64,000 nt of DNA, from positions 64,001 to 128,000 of the IMG/VR virus record IMGVR_UViG_2595698668_000001; one strand, 5' to 3'. This stretch comes from a virus (taxonomy: Duplodnaviria; Caudoviricetes). Positions 9,180 through 17,868 of this stretch are shown here, in pieces. Below the pieces are notes generated by a model. It saw nothing but the letters and a program-made list of their open reading frames with translations, made no database searches and was not told the origin of the DNA. Both the position numbers and the translations under genes were made by a program. Position 1 is the stretch's first letter. Every line of letters begins with the position of its first letter.

Positions 9180-10158
9180 TCAATTCCTTACGACGTTGTT
9201 TGATTGCTTTACCAAGTTCTTTGCCTTGAAGTTCTGGGAAGTCCTTAGCACTTACAGATCGCCACAAATCGATGTGTTCTTGACAAATCGGTTGGTGCAT
9301 CAATGCATATTGAAGCTTCGGTGTGTCATGAGTTGCACCAGCATAATCGAGAACTTCGAACCGAGACCCAGAAAAATAGTACATCTCCGCTTCCATCCGT
9401 TGATATGAAGTAAGATGAAGTTTCTCATGAACCTTCAAATAACTATCAAAATCTTCACAGTAGTAGCAAAGGTCTGCAATAGTGCTGTCTGTATAGATCT
9501 TTCCATCTTTACTGAGGTTCTTAACAAATTCCCTATCGAACCCAAAGAATTCTACCACGTCGAGTTCCCGAAGTATACCCATGAACACATCAACATGACT
9601 CATATCTTCCATACACTTCATAAACTCAACGAATACCCTCTCTTTAGATACCATATCCAAAGCACCACCAACAATCATATCGGTTACTGCCTTTTCCGTT
9701 TCTGGTTCCATCTTGAATCCGTAGCGTCCAGCAAAACGAATTGCACGGAAAACACGAAGAGGATCATCACGAAACGCATATGGGTTTACCATACGAATCC
9801 GTTTCTTTCCAATATCTTGGATACCATTATAAGGATCGATATAAACAGAGTTTATGGGGTCATACGCGATAGCGTTCATGGTGAAATCTCGACGGTATAG
9901 GTCTTCTTCGATAGTTACATCTGGGTTGAAATCAACCTGAAAATCGTTGTACCCAATACCAGTTGATACCTCTGTACGAGCCAATGCGATCTCTTCACCA
10001 TCATCGTCAAGGTATACTGGGAAATGAGCACCGACACACTTATAACCAAGACCTTCCATTTCTTCTTTTGTGGAACCTACAACAACCCAATCACGGTCTT
10101 TGACCGGTTTCCCCATAATCTGGTCTCGAACTGCACCACCAACAAGATATTTTTCCAT
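9166..10158 (-). CDS. cca: tRNA nucleotidyltransferase (class II CCA-adding enzyme)
   Basis: YLVGGAVRD, DRD, EDLYRRDFTMNAIA, DDPLRVFRAIRFA. Confidence 0.92.
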   Translation of the reverse strand: MEKYLVGGAVRDQIMGKPVKDRDWVVVGSTKEEMEGLGYKCVGAHFPVYLDDDGEEIALARTEVSTGIGYNDFQVDFNPDVTIEEDLYRRDFTMNAIAYDPINSVYIDPYNGIQDIGKKRIRMVNPYAFRDDPLRVFRAIRFAGRYGFKMEPETEKAVTDMIVGGALDMVSKERVFVEFMKCMEDMSHVDVFMGILRELDVVEFFGFDREFVKNLSKDGKIYTDSTIADLCYYCEDFDSYLKVHEKLHLTSYQRMEAEMYYFSGSRFEVLDYAGATHDTPKLQYALMHQPICQEHIDLWRSVSAKDFPELQGKELGKAIKQRRKELIDEV

Positions 10159-10169
10159 TTTATCTCCCC

Positions 10170-10397
10170 TTAGCGAACCATGGTTTTCATTTTCTTAACA
10201 ACCACTGTAGTCTGGGTGGAAGGACCACGACGACCAGTACGGGTGAGGGTCATCGGAGTTTTCTTTTCTACATTCACCGTAGCGGAACGACCCCAGCGAT
10301 TAGCGGAATCTTTACCGTTGTCGGTCATTTTACCGAAGGAAGCAGCACGAGCAGCGGAACGAGTACCAAATACGAATTGAACAGTCATAGTAGTCAT
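10170..10397 (-). CDS. small basic hypothetical protein
   Basis: 75 aa with SD AGGAG and its own promoter. Confidence 0.7.
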   Translation of the reverse strand: MTTMTVQFVFGTRSAARAASFGKMTDNGKDSANRWGRSATVNVEKKTPMTLTRTGRRGPSTQTTVVVKKMKTMVR

Positions 10398-10442
10398 AAT
10401 AAATCTCCTAATGATTCGAATGTCTTTTCTGTCTACGGGATT

Positions 10443-10471
10443 AGTATCTCAAAACCAAACACGGATTGCAA
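10443..10471 (-). promoter_or_regulatory. sigma70-type early promoter
   Basis: Minus strand TTGCAA-N17-GATACT. Confidence 0.6.
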
Positions 10472-10479
10472 CAGGTTTT

Positions 10480-10710
10480 TCAATTCTTTTTCTTGGGCCA
10501 GAAAGGGGCCAAGTAAGCGAAATCAACAAAGTCTATTTCTACATGTTTGATATCAAAAACAAACAAGGTATTGATGTCCAAGAAAAGTTGATTTGCAGTC
10601 GAAATACTCACAGGGAAACCAAGAAGTTTATCAAGTTCATCCCTTTCTTTACTATTCACATAATTCAGATGGGCTTTGATAAACTGTTCGCGGGTAACAA
10701 CAACCTTCAT
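10480..10710 (-). CDS. hypothetical protein
   Basis: 76 aa with SD AAGGAG. Confidence 0.65.
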   Translation of the reverse strand: MKVVVTREQFIKAHLNYVNSKERDELDKLLGFPVSISTANQLFLDINTLFVFDIKHVEIDFVDFAYLAPFWPKKKN

Positions 10711-10737
10711 AACGATTCTCCTTAGTTTGTATGGCCT

Positions 10738-10765
10738 ATTTTACTTTGTTTTTTAATGATGTCAA
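10738..10765 (-). promoter_or_regulatory. sigma70-type early promoter
   Basis: Minus strand TTGACA-N16-TAAAAT. Confidence 0.65.
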
Positions 10766-10769
10766 TAAC

Positions 10770-10792
10770 AAAAAGCCCCAATAAGGGGCTTT
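10770..10792 (-). terminator. rho-independent terminator
   Basis: AAAGCCCC-ttatt-GGGGCTTTTT on the minus strand after 30.9. Confidence 0.8.
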
Positions 10793-10795
10793 CTT

Positions 10796-11011
10796 TTAAA
10801 ACTTGAATGTTGAAGCTTGGGTAGCTTCTTCACGAGTGCCGTGAGAAAGGGACTTGGAAGCAAACGCTTCTGCCTTCATAGCACGACGAACACGAGCCCG
10901 AAGTGCATCACCGAACTGATCAACACGACCGTTTGATTTGCGCTTATAACCCTGACGACCGGTCAGTTTCTTCTCTTCAACTTTTTGTACTGCTTTCTTT
11001 TGCTTTGCCAT
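10796..11011 (-). CDS. 30.9: T4 gp30.9-like basic protein
   Basis: MAKQKKAV...GYKRKSNGRVDQ...RARVRRAM resembles T4 30.9 (MAKQAKAKK...GYKRGSNSRINQ). Confidence 0.75.
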   Translation of the reverse strand: MAKQKKAVQKVEEKKLTGRQGYKRKSNGRVDQFGDALRARVRRAMKAEAFASKSLSHGTREEATQASTFKF

Positions 11012-11125
11012 TTTGTATTTCCTTTTTTAAATTTTCGATGATTTCTTTATCAATTTCTTCTGTCAAGATCTTTTGGTATTCTTCTGGATTTTCTTTAATC
11101 CATTGAAAGATGCAAGAAGTTTCCA

Positions 11126-11503
11126 TTATTCTTTATCTGTGTGAGTGTAAACACCGCGCACAGCCAGATGATGACAGGTAACATAGATGATATCTTTTCC
11201 GCTATCTTCTTTCAATTCTTTTCGAATTACACGAGGATCCCAGAATTTAGCAAAATTACCGGTAGTTGGTAGGGCAACCTCGGCACCAATCATTTCATTG
11301 AAATCTTTGGGGCAATTACCACCAACAGAGACGATGACACCATGGGTCGGGATACCACCTTGTTTGTTCTGGGTTGCTGTAGCAAGAACAATACCAGCAG
11401 ACGATTTTTCTTCTTCTCCCGCACGAGCGGCTTCACACCGCAGGATGAGATGATCACCCATCGCCTTAAATCCAAGTTTACTTTGGTCGATTTTTTGTTG
11501 CAT
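11126..11503 (-). CDS. 31: co-chaperonin (GroES-like) for capsid folding
   Basis: KAMGDHLIL...GEEEKSSAGIVL...HGVIVSVG; position between 30.9 and cd. Confidence 0.9.
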   Translation of the reverse strand: MQQKIDQSKLGFKAMGDHLILRCEAARAGEEEKSSAGIVLATATQNKQGGIPTHGVIVSVGGNCPKDFNEMIGAEVALPTTGNFAKFWDPRVIRKELKEDSGKDIIYVTCHHLAVRGVYTHTDKE

Positions 11504-11548
11504 TTCTTTTTCTCTTTTTATTGGTTTATATACAACGATTATATCATG

Positions 11549-11815
11549 TTATGGGTATCTATTTAATAATTTGTATGAGATTTCATTAAAATACCGTCTC
11601 ATCAAAAATAGGTCTTGATCGATAACCATATAATCTTTTGTATATGAATGACCCGTCCGACAAATATTTCTATGTTCTATTTCACTGATAACTAAGTTCA
11701 TTTTATGAAGGGTGGGTACACTTAGTACCTCACCTTCAAACATATCAACGAAATCATGATAACACAGTTCTCGACTTGGTTGAACTTCAATTTTAAACAT
11801 CAATATCAACCACAC
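11549..11815 (-). CDS. hypothetical protein
   Basis: ORF in operon. Confidence 0.5.
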   Translation of the reverse strand: MWLILMFKIEVQPSRELCYHDFVDMFEGEVLSVPTLHKMNLVISEIEHRNICRTGHSYTKDYMVIDQDLFLMRRYFNEISYKLLNRYP

Positions 11816-12197
11816 CCAAACTCATAGCTTCGATCATGTGATGAATATCACCCACAGTGGTAAATCCAACTTGGATCAAATTGCTAAGTTTGAATGTCCG
11901 AAATGCACCCTTATCCACATCAAAGAAACGAACAACATCCGGGTTTACTTTGCGAGGTTTGGATTCAGAACTACCTTCTGTAGGTTTACCAATCGCTTCT
12001 ACAATCACCTCTGTATCCAAAGTTGCTTGACCACTACGAATAGTACCATCAACCTTCTCAAAAACCAAATCTACCACCCCAGAATGAAGAACTTCCTCAA
12101 CAACAGATTTGAAGAAAACTTTCTGTACATCAGTTAGGTTTTCATAACTACGGGGCTCTTGTTCAACTAGAGCCTGACGCATAAAAGAATCACTCAT
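11793..12197 (-). CDS. SH3-like DUF2693/WYL_2 protein (T4 31.1-like)
   Basis: LVFEKVDGTIR...ATL...RFFDVDKGAFRTFK. Confidence 0.7.
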   Translation of the reverse strand: MSDSFMRQALVEQEPRSYENLTDVQKVFFKSVVEEVLHSGVVDLVFEKVDGTIRSGQATLDTEVIVEAIGKPTEGSSESKPRKVNPDVVRFFDVDKGAFRTFKLSNLIQVGFTTVGDIHHMIEAMSLGVVDIDV

Positions 12198-12208
12198 TTT
12201 ATCATCTC

Positions 12209-12733
12209 TCACTTTTGAATACGGCTTACTCGAACCGCATAATTGTTAAAATCAATTACATCACCACAATGGATCACTTCTATACCTTGATCCTCAAGTA
12301 CCTTTTCCCAACCATCGGGAGATTTACTATAACGGGTATGATAAATAACTTTCTTGATCCCTGCTGCTGCCATATGCTTTGCACAGTTAGAACACGGACT
12401 AAGAGACGTTACCAGAGTAGCACCATCAACCGACTGACCGGCACGAGCTGCATATAAAAGGGCATTCATTTCACTATGAACAACATGGATATTAGCCCAG
12501 TTACTATATTCCTCTTCGTGTTCTGGATAAAGACGCACCATTCCACGTTGGAATCCAGCCCATTTCATATTAATAGCATGTTCATCAGGATTAATGCCAC
12601 CCGCACGAGTACCATTATACCCGGTAGAAATAACCCGACCATCTTTAACGATAACGGTTCCAACCTTATGGCTAGGGCATTTACTTTCATTACTCACAGC
12701 CAATGCCATGGTAACCAGAGTTTTAATCTTCAT
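12209..12733 (-). CDS. cd: dCMP deaminase
   Basis: SKC...KVG...ISTGYNG, HSEMNAL, SPCSNC. Confidence 0.95.
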   Translation of the reverse strand: MKIKTLVTMALAVSNESKCPSHKVGTVIVKDGRVISTGYNGTRAGGINPDEHAINMKWAGFQRGMVRLYPEHEEEYSNWANIHVVHSEMNALLYAARAGQSVDGATLVTSLSPCSNCAKHMAAAGIKKVIYHTRYSKSPDGWEKVLEDQGIEVIHCGDVIDFNNYAVRVSRIQK

Positions 12734-12957
12734 TAGTTGATATCCTTTTCTGGTGATTGATATTGTTGTCCATGACAATAATAAACCTTATCTTTATACT
12801 CATAAACGGTAAAGATTTGGATAGGTTGACCAAAAGGATCAACGACCGCAATCTCGAAAACCGTGTCTGATTTCTTCATAACCCCAACTCGAAGAGGGGG
12901 AGGTACTGAATTATCAAAACGTCGAATTAGTTCTTTAACATCGTTTTCAAAGCTCAT
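12733..12957 (-). CDS. hypothetical protein
   Basis: 74 aa, coupled to cd. Confidence 0.6.
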   Translation of the reverse strand: MSFENDVKELIRRFDNSVPPPLRVGVMKKSDTVFEIAVVDPFGQPIQIFTVYEYKDKVYYCHGQQYQSPEKDIN

Positions 12958-12967
12958 ATCAAAATTC

Positions 12968-13249
12968 TCACTTCTTATATTTTAGATCTTTGACTTCAAG
13001 CACACGAATGGTACTTCCAATCTGATACATCTTTCGGATTTCTTCTTGAGATAATGGTTTATAAACATCACCAAGAATTGGGCGTTTCTTAACCAATACC
13101 CCTTTCTCGATGGAAGTTTCCAAATAAGGAACAAATATATCTCGCTCGTAATCCTCGGCTTCTTTTTTTGACTTAAAGAGCAGAGCCTGTTCATTTTGAA
13201 AAATTAAATGTGTTTTTCCTGATTCGTCAGAAAATGTCAATGCAAACAT
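12968..13249 (-). CDS. hypothetical protein
   Basis: 93 aa with SD AGGAG. Confidence 0.65.
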   Translation of the reverse strand: MFALTFSDESGKTHLIFQNEQALLFKSKKEAEDYERDIFVPYLETSIEKGVLVKKRPILGDVYKPLSQEEIRKMYQIGSTIRVLEVKDLKYKK

Positions 13250-13302
13250 GATTAATCTCCTATTTCACTGGTGATCATATCACATCGTTGACCACCATTT
13301 AA

Positions 13303-13854
13303 TTATTTACACGTTTCTGGGATCCCATAGACATACTCCATAGTCTCAATGAGACCTTTCAGATCCAAGGTTAATGACCTATGTTCTAGTGCGGGCGTAA
13401 CATACCGAACCGAAATATAATCTGATTCCCACAACATTCTATAAGATCCTGTACATCCATACAGTTCATCGTAAGAAAAAAGCTTCAACGCAATGGAAGA
13501 ATCCGAATTTCTTATTGTGGAAGCAACCCCTTTAAAACTTGAGTTCTGAGAACTATACGTTGCTTCGTTATCGCCAATAGAAACGGTTATAGGCGCTTTC
13601 GGGTGTATGTCCGTCTTCATGGTTGTCAGATTAAGATAAAATGCCCTATGGGCCTGTATAGAGCCTATATGAAGCATATACGGAAGGTCGATATCATCTT
13701 CGTAATCTGGATGTTGGAATGAACCAACCAAATGACGTTCTTTCAACGAAGCAGCATCATTTATGATGTGTTCTCTCCACACCCTCTGAGTATCTAAAAC
13801 CTCAGAATGTAACTGGAAAGAAACAACAAGACACCAAAGAAGATATTTTACCAT
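13303..13854 (-). CDS. hypothetical exported protein
   Basis: Signal-peptide-like start MVKYLLWCLVVSFQLHS. Confidence 0.6.
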   Translation of the reverse strand: MVKYLLWCLVVSFQLHSEVLDTQRVWREHIINDAASLKERHLVGSFQHPDYEDDIDLPYMLHIGSIQAHRAFYLNLTTMKTDIHPKAPITVSIGDNEATYSSQNSSFKGVASTIRNSDSSIALKLFSYDELYGCTGSYRMLWESDYISVRYVTPALEHRSLTLDLKGLIETMEYVYGIPETCK

Positions 13855-13855
13855 A

Positions 13856-14053
13856 TTACCTCTTATAGATCTTGTGGTCTTCGGGGAGGTTAATAATTCC
13901 CCAAACACAAATGTTGTTCCAACAGGGGTGTCGTCTGAAATGAAACAGACGACCGTTTACATACTTGTATAATGCACCAAAATCATCAGTGTGGGTAGCC
14001 TGAGCTTTCAGGCGTTCCACTTTAGATTTTCTCTTTTTTGTAAACCAGTTCAT
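13856..14053 (-). CDS. hypothetical protein
   Basis: Start at MNWFTKK immediately after the pseT stop. Confidence 0.5.
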   Translation of the reverse strand: MNWFTKKRKSKVERLKAQATHTDDFGALYKYVNGRLFHFRRHPCWNNICVWGIINLPEDHKIYKR

Positions 14054-14054
14054 A

Positions 14055-14972
14055 CTAAAAGTCTCCGGGTTGAACCTGAAAACATTCGATACCAAGGTCA
14101 CGCCACATTTTAACAACTTGATCTCGGTCATCAACGCAATGAGTTACGTTATAGTATGGTGCGATCTGTTCCCAGAAAAGTTCTTCTTTGATGATCTTGT
14201 CAGAACGTTGATCCCCCGGTTTACGTTGGATATGAACGTCGATAGGCATACCATGCTTAACACACCAGTCATAAGTATCCTGCATACATACACCGTCACG
14301 ACCAGAAGCAACGATGATAACATAACCACGATATTTCAGAAGTTGTGCATATTGGATAACAGTATGGCGCGGAGTATCTTCCTTAACACGAGACCAGTCA
14401 AACGGGTCACGATCATTCTTTTCAGCTACAGTACCATCAACGTCAAAGATAACTGCCATCGGAAGAGACTCATCAGGAGTATATGTTACCTTATATTCGA
14501 AGTCAACAACAATCCCGCCACCATAGTAATCAAAATGAGACCACTGGTCGTCAAATTGAGAAACCATACGTTCCAGAACAGAATCGTTTACAGACCAACC
14601 ACCACGAGTAGAGTTGCGGCGTTTCAGTTCTTCCATCGGAACAGGAAACCAAACCAGTGTTACACCATATCCCAGATCCTTAAGTTCTTTGATCATAACC
14701 TTGCGAAACTTTTCATTCAGGTTTGTATCAGAGATAACAATTTGTTTACCGGCCTCGTAAGCAGCCAGAACCTTGCGCCAGTTGACGTCAGTAACCAGAG
14801 CTTCACGATCTTTCCCGAAGTTATAACCTTTCCAGCTCTTGATCTGGAACAGGCTACGGCGAGTATCATCACGGTTGATATTAATCATCTTACCTTGTGA
14901 CTTTTTGACCATCATTTCAGCCCAAGTACTTTTTCCACTAGAACTAGCACCGATAGTGATATATGCTTTCAT
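14055..14972 (-). CDS. pseT: polynucleotide 5'-kinase/3'-phosphatase
   Basis: GASSSGKST, NRDD.R, SDTNLN, HAD motif DVDGT, DDRDQVVKMWR...FQVQPGDF. Confidence 0.95.
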   Translation of the reverse strand: MKAYITIGASSSGKSTWAEMMVKKSQGKMININRDDTRRSLFQIKSWKGYNFGKDREALVTDVNWRKVLAAYEAGKQIVISDTNLNEKFRKVMIKELKDLGYGVTLVWFPVPMEELKRRNSTRGGWSVNDSVLERMVSQFDDQWSHFDYYGGGIVVDFEYKVTYTPDESLPMAVIFDVDGTVAEKNDRDPFDWSRVKEDTPRHTVIQYAQLLKYRGYVIIVASGRDGVCMQDTYDWCVKHGMPIDVHIQRKPGDQRSDKIIKEELFWEQIAPYYNVTHCVDDRDQVVKMWRDLGIECFQVQPGDF

Positions 14973-14980
14973 ATTTTTCC

Positions 14981-15166
14981 TTAATATTGTTTGATGATAA
15001 AACGGATACGATCTTTCATGGCGATCATTTCCCATCGCATCATATTTTTACCATGTTCAGAAATGTAATTCTCAAACATAATATTAGCTTCAATTGTATC
15101 AGATTGATAAACTTCCGCAACTTTCTGGCAGAAGTTTTCGGTATCTTGGTTTTTGAAAGGTTTCAC
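14981..15166 (-). CDS. hypothetical protein
   Basis: 61 aa with SD AGGAG. Confidence 0.55.
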   Translation of the reverse strand: MKPFKNQDTENFCQKVAEVYQSDTIEANIMFENYISEHGKNMMRWEMIAMKDRIRFIIKQY

Positions 15167-15175
15167 AAAACTCTC

Positions 15176-15433
15176 CTATCTAAGTTGAGAATCTTTACTT
15201 CCACGACGATTATATAATGGTTTCATCTTTTTGTCTAGGTCACTTTGACATTTAACACAAAAATGAACAACCATTATTTTCCTTCTACCTTCTGGGATCC
15301 TAACTCCGCATTCTTCACAGAATTCAGAAGATACACCTTGATGAAGTTGGGAACGAGCAAAGTCAATTCCATTATTGATTGTGGATTCAATAGTTTCCAA
15401 ATGGTTATCACAACCACCAAACCCAACAGCCAT
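15176..15433 (-). CDS. DksA/TraR-family C4 Zn-finger protein, YbiI-like
   Basis: CEECG.RIPEGRR...CVKCQ and C-terminal YNRRGSKDSQLR as in enterobacterial YbiI. Confidence 0.85.
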   Translation of the reverse strand: MAVGFGGCDNHLETIESTINNGIDFARSQLHQGVSSEFCEECGVRIPEGRRKIMVVHFCVKCQSDLDKKMKPLYNRRGSKDSQLR

Positions 15434-15696
15434 TACTTCACCTCTTCCAGAACGTTAAAGAGGAAACTTCCATAGTCTGTACCGAAGGTTTCGATACCCT
15501 CATCGCTCATCGCAAGAATATAATTTCCACGGTCCCCGAAGTTTGTCCACATCAGTTCGTCGAACCAAGCAACCCCAGCATCTTCATCAAAATCTGTACA
15601 GACAATGATATCGTTAAGACAATCCATGTGCTCAACAGCAACACCAAACATAGAAACGATTTTATAAGACTGACCGATTTTAAGTTTCATAATCAT
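15433..15696 (-). CDS. acidic hypothetical protein
   Basis: 87 aa, coupled to the next gene. Confidence 0.6.
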   Translation of the reverse strand: MIMKLKIGQSYKIVSMFGVAVEHMDCLNDIIVCTDFDEDAGVAWFDELMWTNFGDRGNYILAMSDEGIETFGTDYGSFLFNVLEEVK

Positions 15697-15722
15697 CTCC
15701 TTTTTGATTTATCTTTATTAAA

Positions 15723-15983
15723 TCACATTACATTAATTTGGTCAACAACAAATTTTGGAACCATCACACGATAAATCTCAAAATCCTCAAGCGTGACGTC
15801 TCGAATGGTTTTGCCAAATGTAGACATCGGTTCTTCTGACAGGAAAGGGTAACCACGAAGAATAGAGCCTCGAAGAATACCAACAACTGTAGGTTGTTCT
15901 TCGTATATGTACCCAAGGGCATATTCGTTAACAACTACATACCGAACTTTACGGATCCCGTTATCATCATACCACTTAGCCAT
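15723..15983 (-). CDS. hypothetical protein
   Basis: 86 aa with SD. Confidence 0.65.
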   Translation of the reverse strand: MAKWYDDNGIRKVRYVVVNEYALGYIYEEQPTVVGILRGSILRGYPFLSEEPMSTFGKTIRDVTLEDFEIYRVMVPKFVVDQINVM

Positions 15984-16156
15984 GTTTTATTCCTTATCAA
16001 AATCACCAGACAGAACTTTTGCAGCCAGAACACAGGAACCATACCACACAAGACCACCAATAGTAAGTACTGATATAGTAATTAGTTCGCTCATGTTTTC
16101 TAGTCTCCAAAAAGAAAAAGGTCTCATCCCGAAGGACAAGACCTATTATACTCATA

Positions 16157-16684
16157 TCACTGACGATAGCAACCACAAGATCGTAAAAACTTGATGTTTT
16201 TTGCGATCCGTTCGTAATACTCAATCCCATCAGCACTGTTTGGGTTGTATCCAGCGTTATAGCTTTTAACAACCATTTTCCAGTCGCCATTTCGGATTTT
16301 CTTCCAGTACTCAAGCTCCATAAGTGCATAGTTTGCGGAACTCTCCATACTGTTAATGAGTTCGGACCTTAGCTTTCGCTGTTGTTTCCAACCCATCTTA
16401 GCGCCAGTTAGCTGTTCAACTCGTTTAACTGTATATTTCAGGTTGTTCTGGAACACACCATAATCACCAGTACGATTGTTGATTAAAAATTTACCTGCAC
16501 GACTCTCGGTAAGAGCGATTGCAGCCAGTGTAAGCCCATAACCGGAAGACTCTCCCAGCTCATAAGCTCGCTGAATTGTATAAATCTGATTATCCGTTAG
16601 TTCACGGTTTTCATACATAACAGCATTTGCCGATATCGACGTTAGAAGTAGGAGGATCCCTACTAATATACTACCACTTTTCAT
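16157..16684 (-). CDS. vs.1: SLT/lysozyme-like transglycosylase with signal peptide (T4 vs.1-like)
   Basis: AIALTESRAG, GDYGVFQNN, ELEYW, SYNAG. Confidence 0.85.
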   Translation of the reverse strand: MKSGSILVGILLLLTSISANAVMYENRELTDNQIYTIQRAYELGESSGYGLTLAAIALTESRAGKFLINNRTGDYGVFQNNLKYTVKRVEQLTGAKMGWKQQRKLRSELINSMESSANYALMELEYWKKIRNGDWKMVVKSYNAGYNPNSADGIEYYERIAKNIKFLRSCGCYRQ

Positions 16685-16771
16685 CTTCGATCCTTTTTAG
16701 TGGAAGGGGTGAATTGTGGACTTTCTAACACTCATCTAAAAACAAGCAAAGCCCAAAGTATTATTTAGGGT

Positions 16772-17002
16772 TTATAAAGCATTGTCAAATTGTTTTACCA
16801 AACTCCAAATCCATTCAGGGCGAATTTCAGTGTGATACACGGATTTGATGTATGTTCTAAGAGCCTTTTGACGTTTCTCAGTAGTCTGGTTACGACCCCA
16901 GATCAGAAGACATTCACCAAGACATATAAGCTCCCGGTTGTTCAACTGGTGTCTTACATCTGAAAAAGCGTCTAAGACCTTGTTAGAATCTACTTGACAC
17001 AT
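16772..17002 (-). CDS. hypothetical protein downstream of the late promoter in the repeat
   Basis: 76 aa with SD AAGGA. Confidence 0.65.
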   Translation of the reverse strand: MCQVDSNKVLDAFSDVRHQLNNRELICLGECLLIWGRNQTTEKRQKALRTYIKSVYHTEIRPEWIWSLVKQFDNAL

Positions 17003-17014
17003 GGTTAAATCCTT

Positions 17015-17128
17015 TTAGTTTCAAGTGCAATCAAAGTATAAAATCTCTATAAGTATTTATATAGAAGATCTATAATTAGAAAGTGTGAGCGAAGCGAACA
17101 GGCGGCTACGCCGTCTCACTACGTTCGA
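17015..17128. repeat. 114-bp element, copy 1 (inverted relative to 58058-58171)
   Basis: Reverse complement matches 58058-58171 at 113/114 positions; TATAAATA on the minus strand at 17054-17061. Confidence 0.97.
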
Positions 17129-17293
17129 ACATCTTTTCACATTCTTTGTCAAAATCTCTATTTTTATTCTTATTTGTAATAAAATTGTATAAATTTGATT
17201 GACCTGTAATCCATTTTGTGGAAGAACGTAGTTTGTAACTATACACATAAAAATTACAAGGGCAGCCATGTAGTGAGAAATTTTTGGTGTTAG

Positions 17294-17809
17294 TCATTCT
17301 GCTTCCCCAGTCATCATAGCGACCTTTTCAATCACGCTTGCAGCCTTTTCGATGTTCAGACCTGAGATGATACAGTTGTTTTCACGTCCTGTTTCATATT
17401 TGACCTTCATCCCAGTATAACGAGCTACTTGATCACCGGTCATGTCTGGGTGATGGAAGCGAACGATAACGTCTGAATCCAGACTCTTACCAAGAACAAT
17501 ATAGAAGTGGATTTCGTTGAGGATGACGTTCGGCATGGTTTTGTTTTTCCACACCTTCGCATCAGTAAGAGAGTTTTGGAGAATGTCGATAGCCGCAGGA
17601 ACGAGGTCATTTAGTTCTGCTTCTCGTTGTGCTTTTTTGGCCTGACGTTCGAATTTTTTCAGACGATTTTCAACATCGATTTTCAGATCAAACAAGTTAC
17701 CAAGAATCGTACCGGAAGGCTTGTGAAGAAAATCACCAGAAAGTTTCATGGTAACTTCTTGTTCGTTCCAACCGTAGGCTTTGCAGAAATCAGCAGTGGT
17801 AAAGCTCAT
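17294..17809 (-). CDS. alc: Alc-like inhibitor of host transcription
   Basis: TTADFCKAYG, VWKNKTMPNVILNEIHFYIV, IISGLN align with T4 Alc (TTEMVVEAYG, VFINQTQPNVHINSCKCYII, LINGLS); near pseT as in T4. Confidence 0.75.
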   Translation of the reverse strand: MSFTTADFCKAYGWNEQEVTMKLSGDFLHKPSGTILGNLFDLKIDVENRLKKFERQAKKAQREAELNDLVPAAIDILQNSLTDAKVWKNKTMPNVILNEIHFYIVLGKSLDSDVIVRFHHPDMTGDQVARYTGMKVKYETGRENNCIISGLNIEKAASVIEKVAMMTGEAE

Positions 17810-17833
17810 ATTATTTCTCTCTTTTGTTTTGAT

Positions 17834-17868
17834 GTGGGTATAGTCTCATACCCACGAATTATAATCAA
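17834..17868 (-). promoter_or_regulatory. early promoter of alc with -10 inside a palindrome
   Basis: TTGATT-N17-GACTAT; arms gtgggtat/atacccac. Confidence 0.55.

Noticed and set aside
16003-16329. ORF overlapping vs.1, considered as a possible spanin
   Set aside because: No lipobox or spanin architecture; overlaps vs.1 out of frame and spans a terminator-like hairpin
17015-17128. Repeat as a CRISPR array or IS terminal inverted repeat
   Set aside because: Only two copies seen, no spacers, no transposase or integrase nearby, no evident target-site duplication
17057-17297. Short ORFs (17057-17269, 17106-17297) running into the repeat
   Set aside because: The equivalent frame in copy 2 is closed by a stop just upstream, so the repeat is unlikely to be conserved for coding; the 63-aa ORF remains unproven
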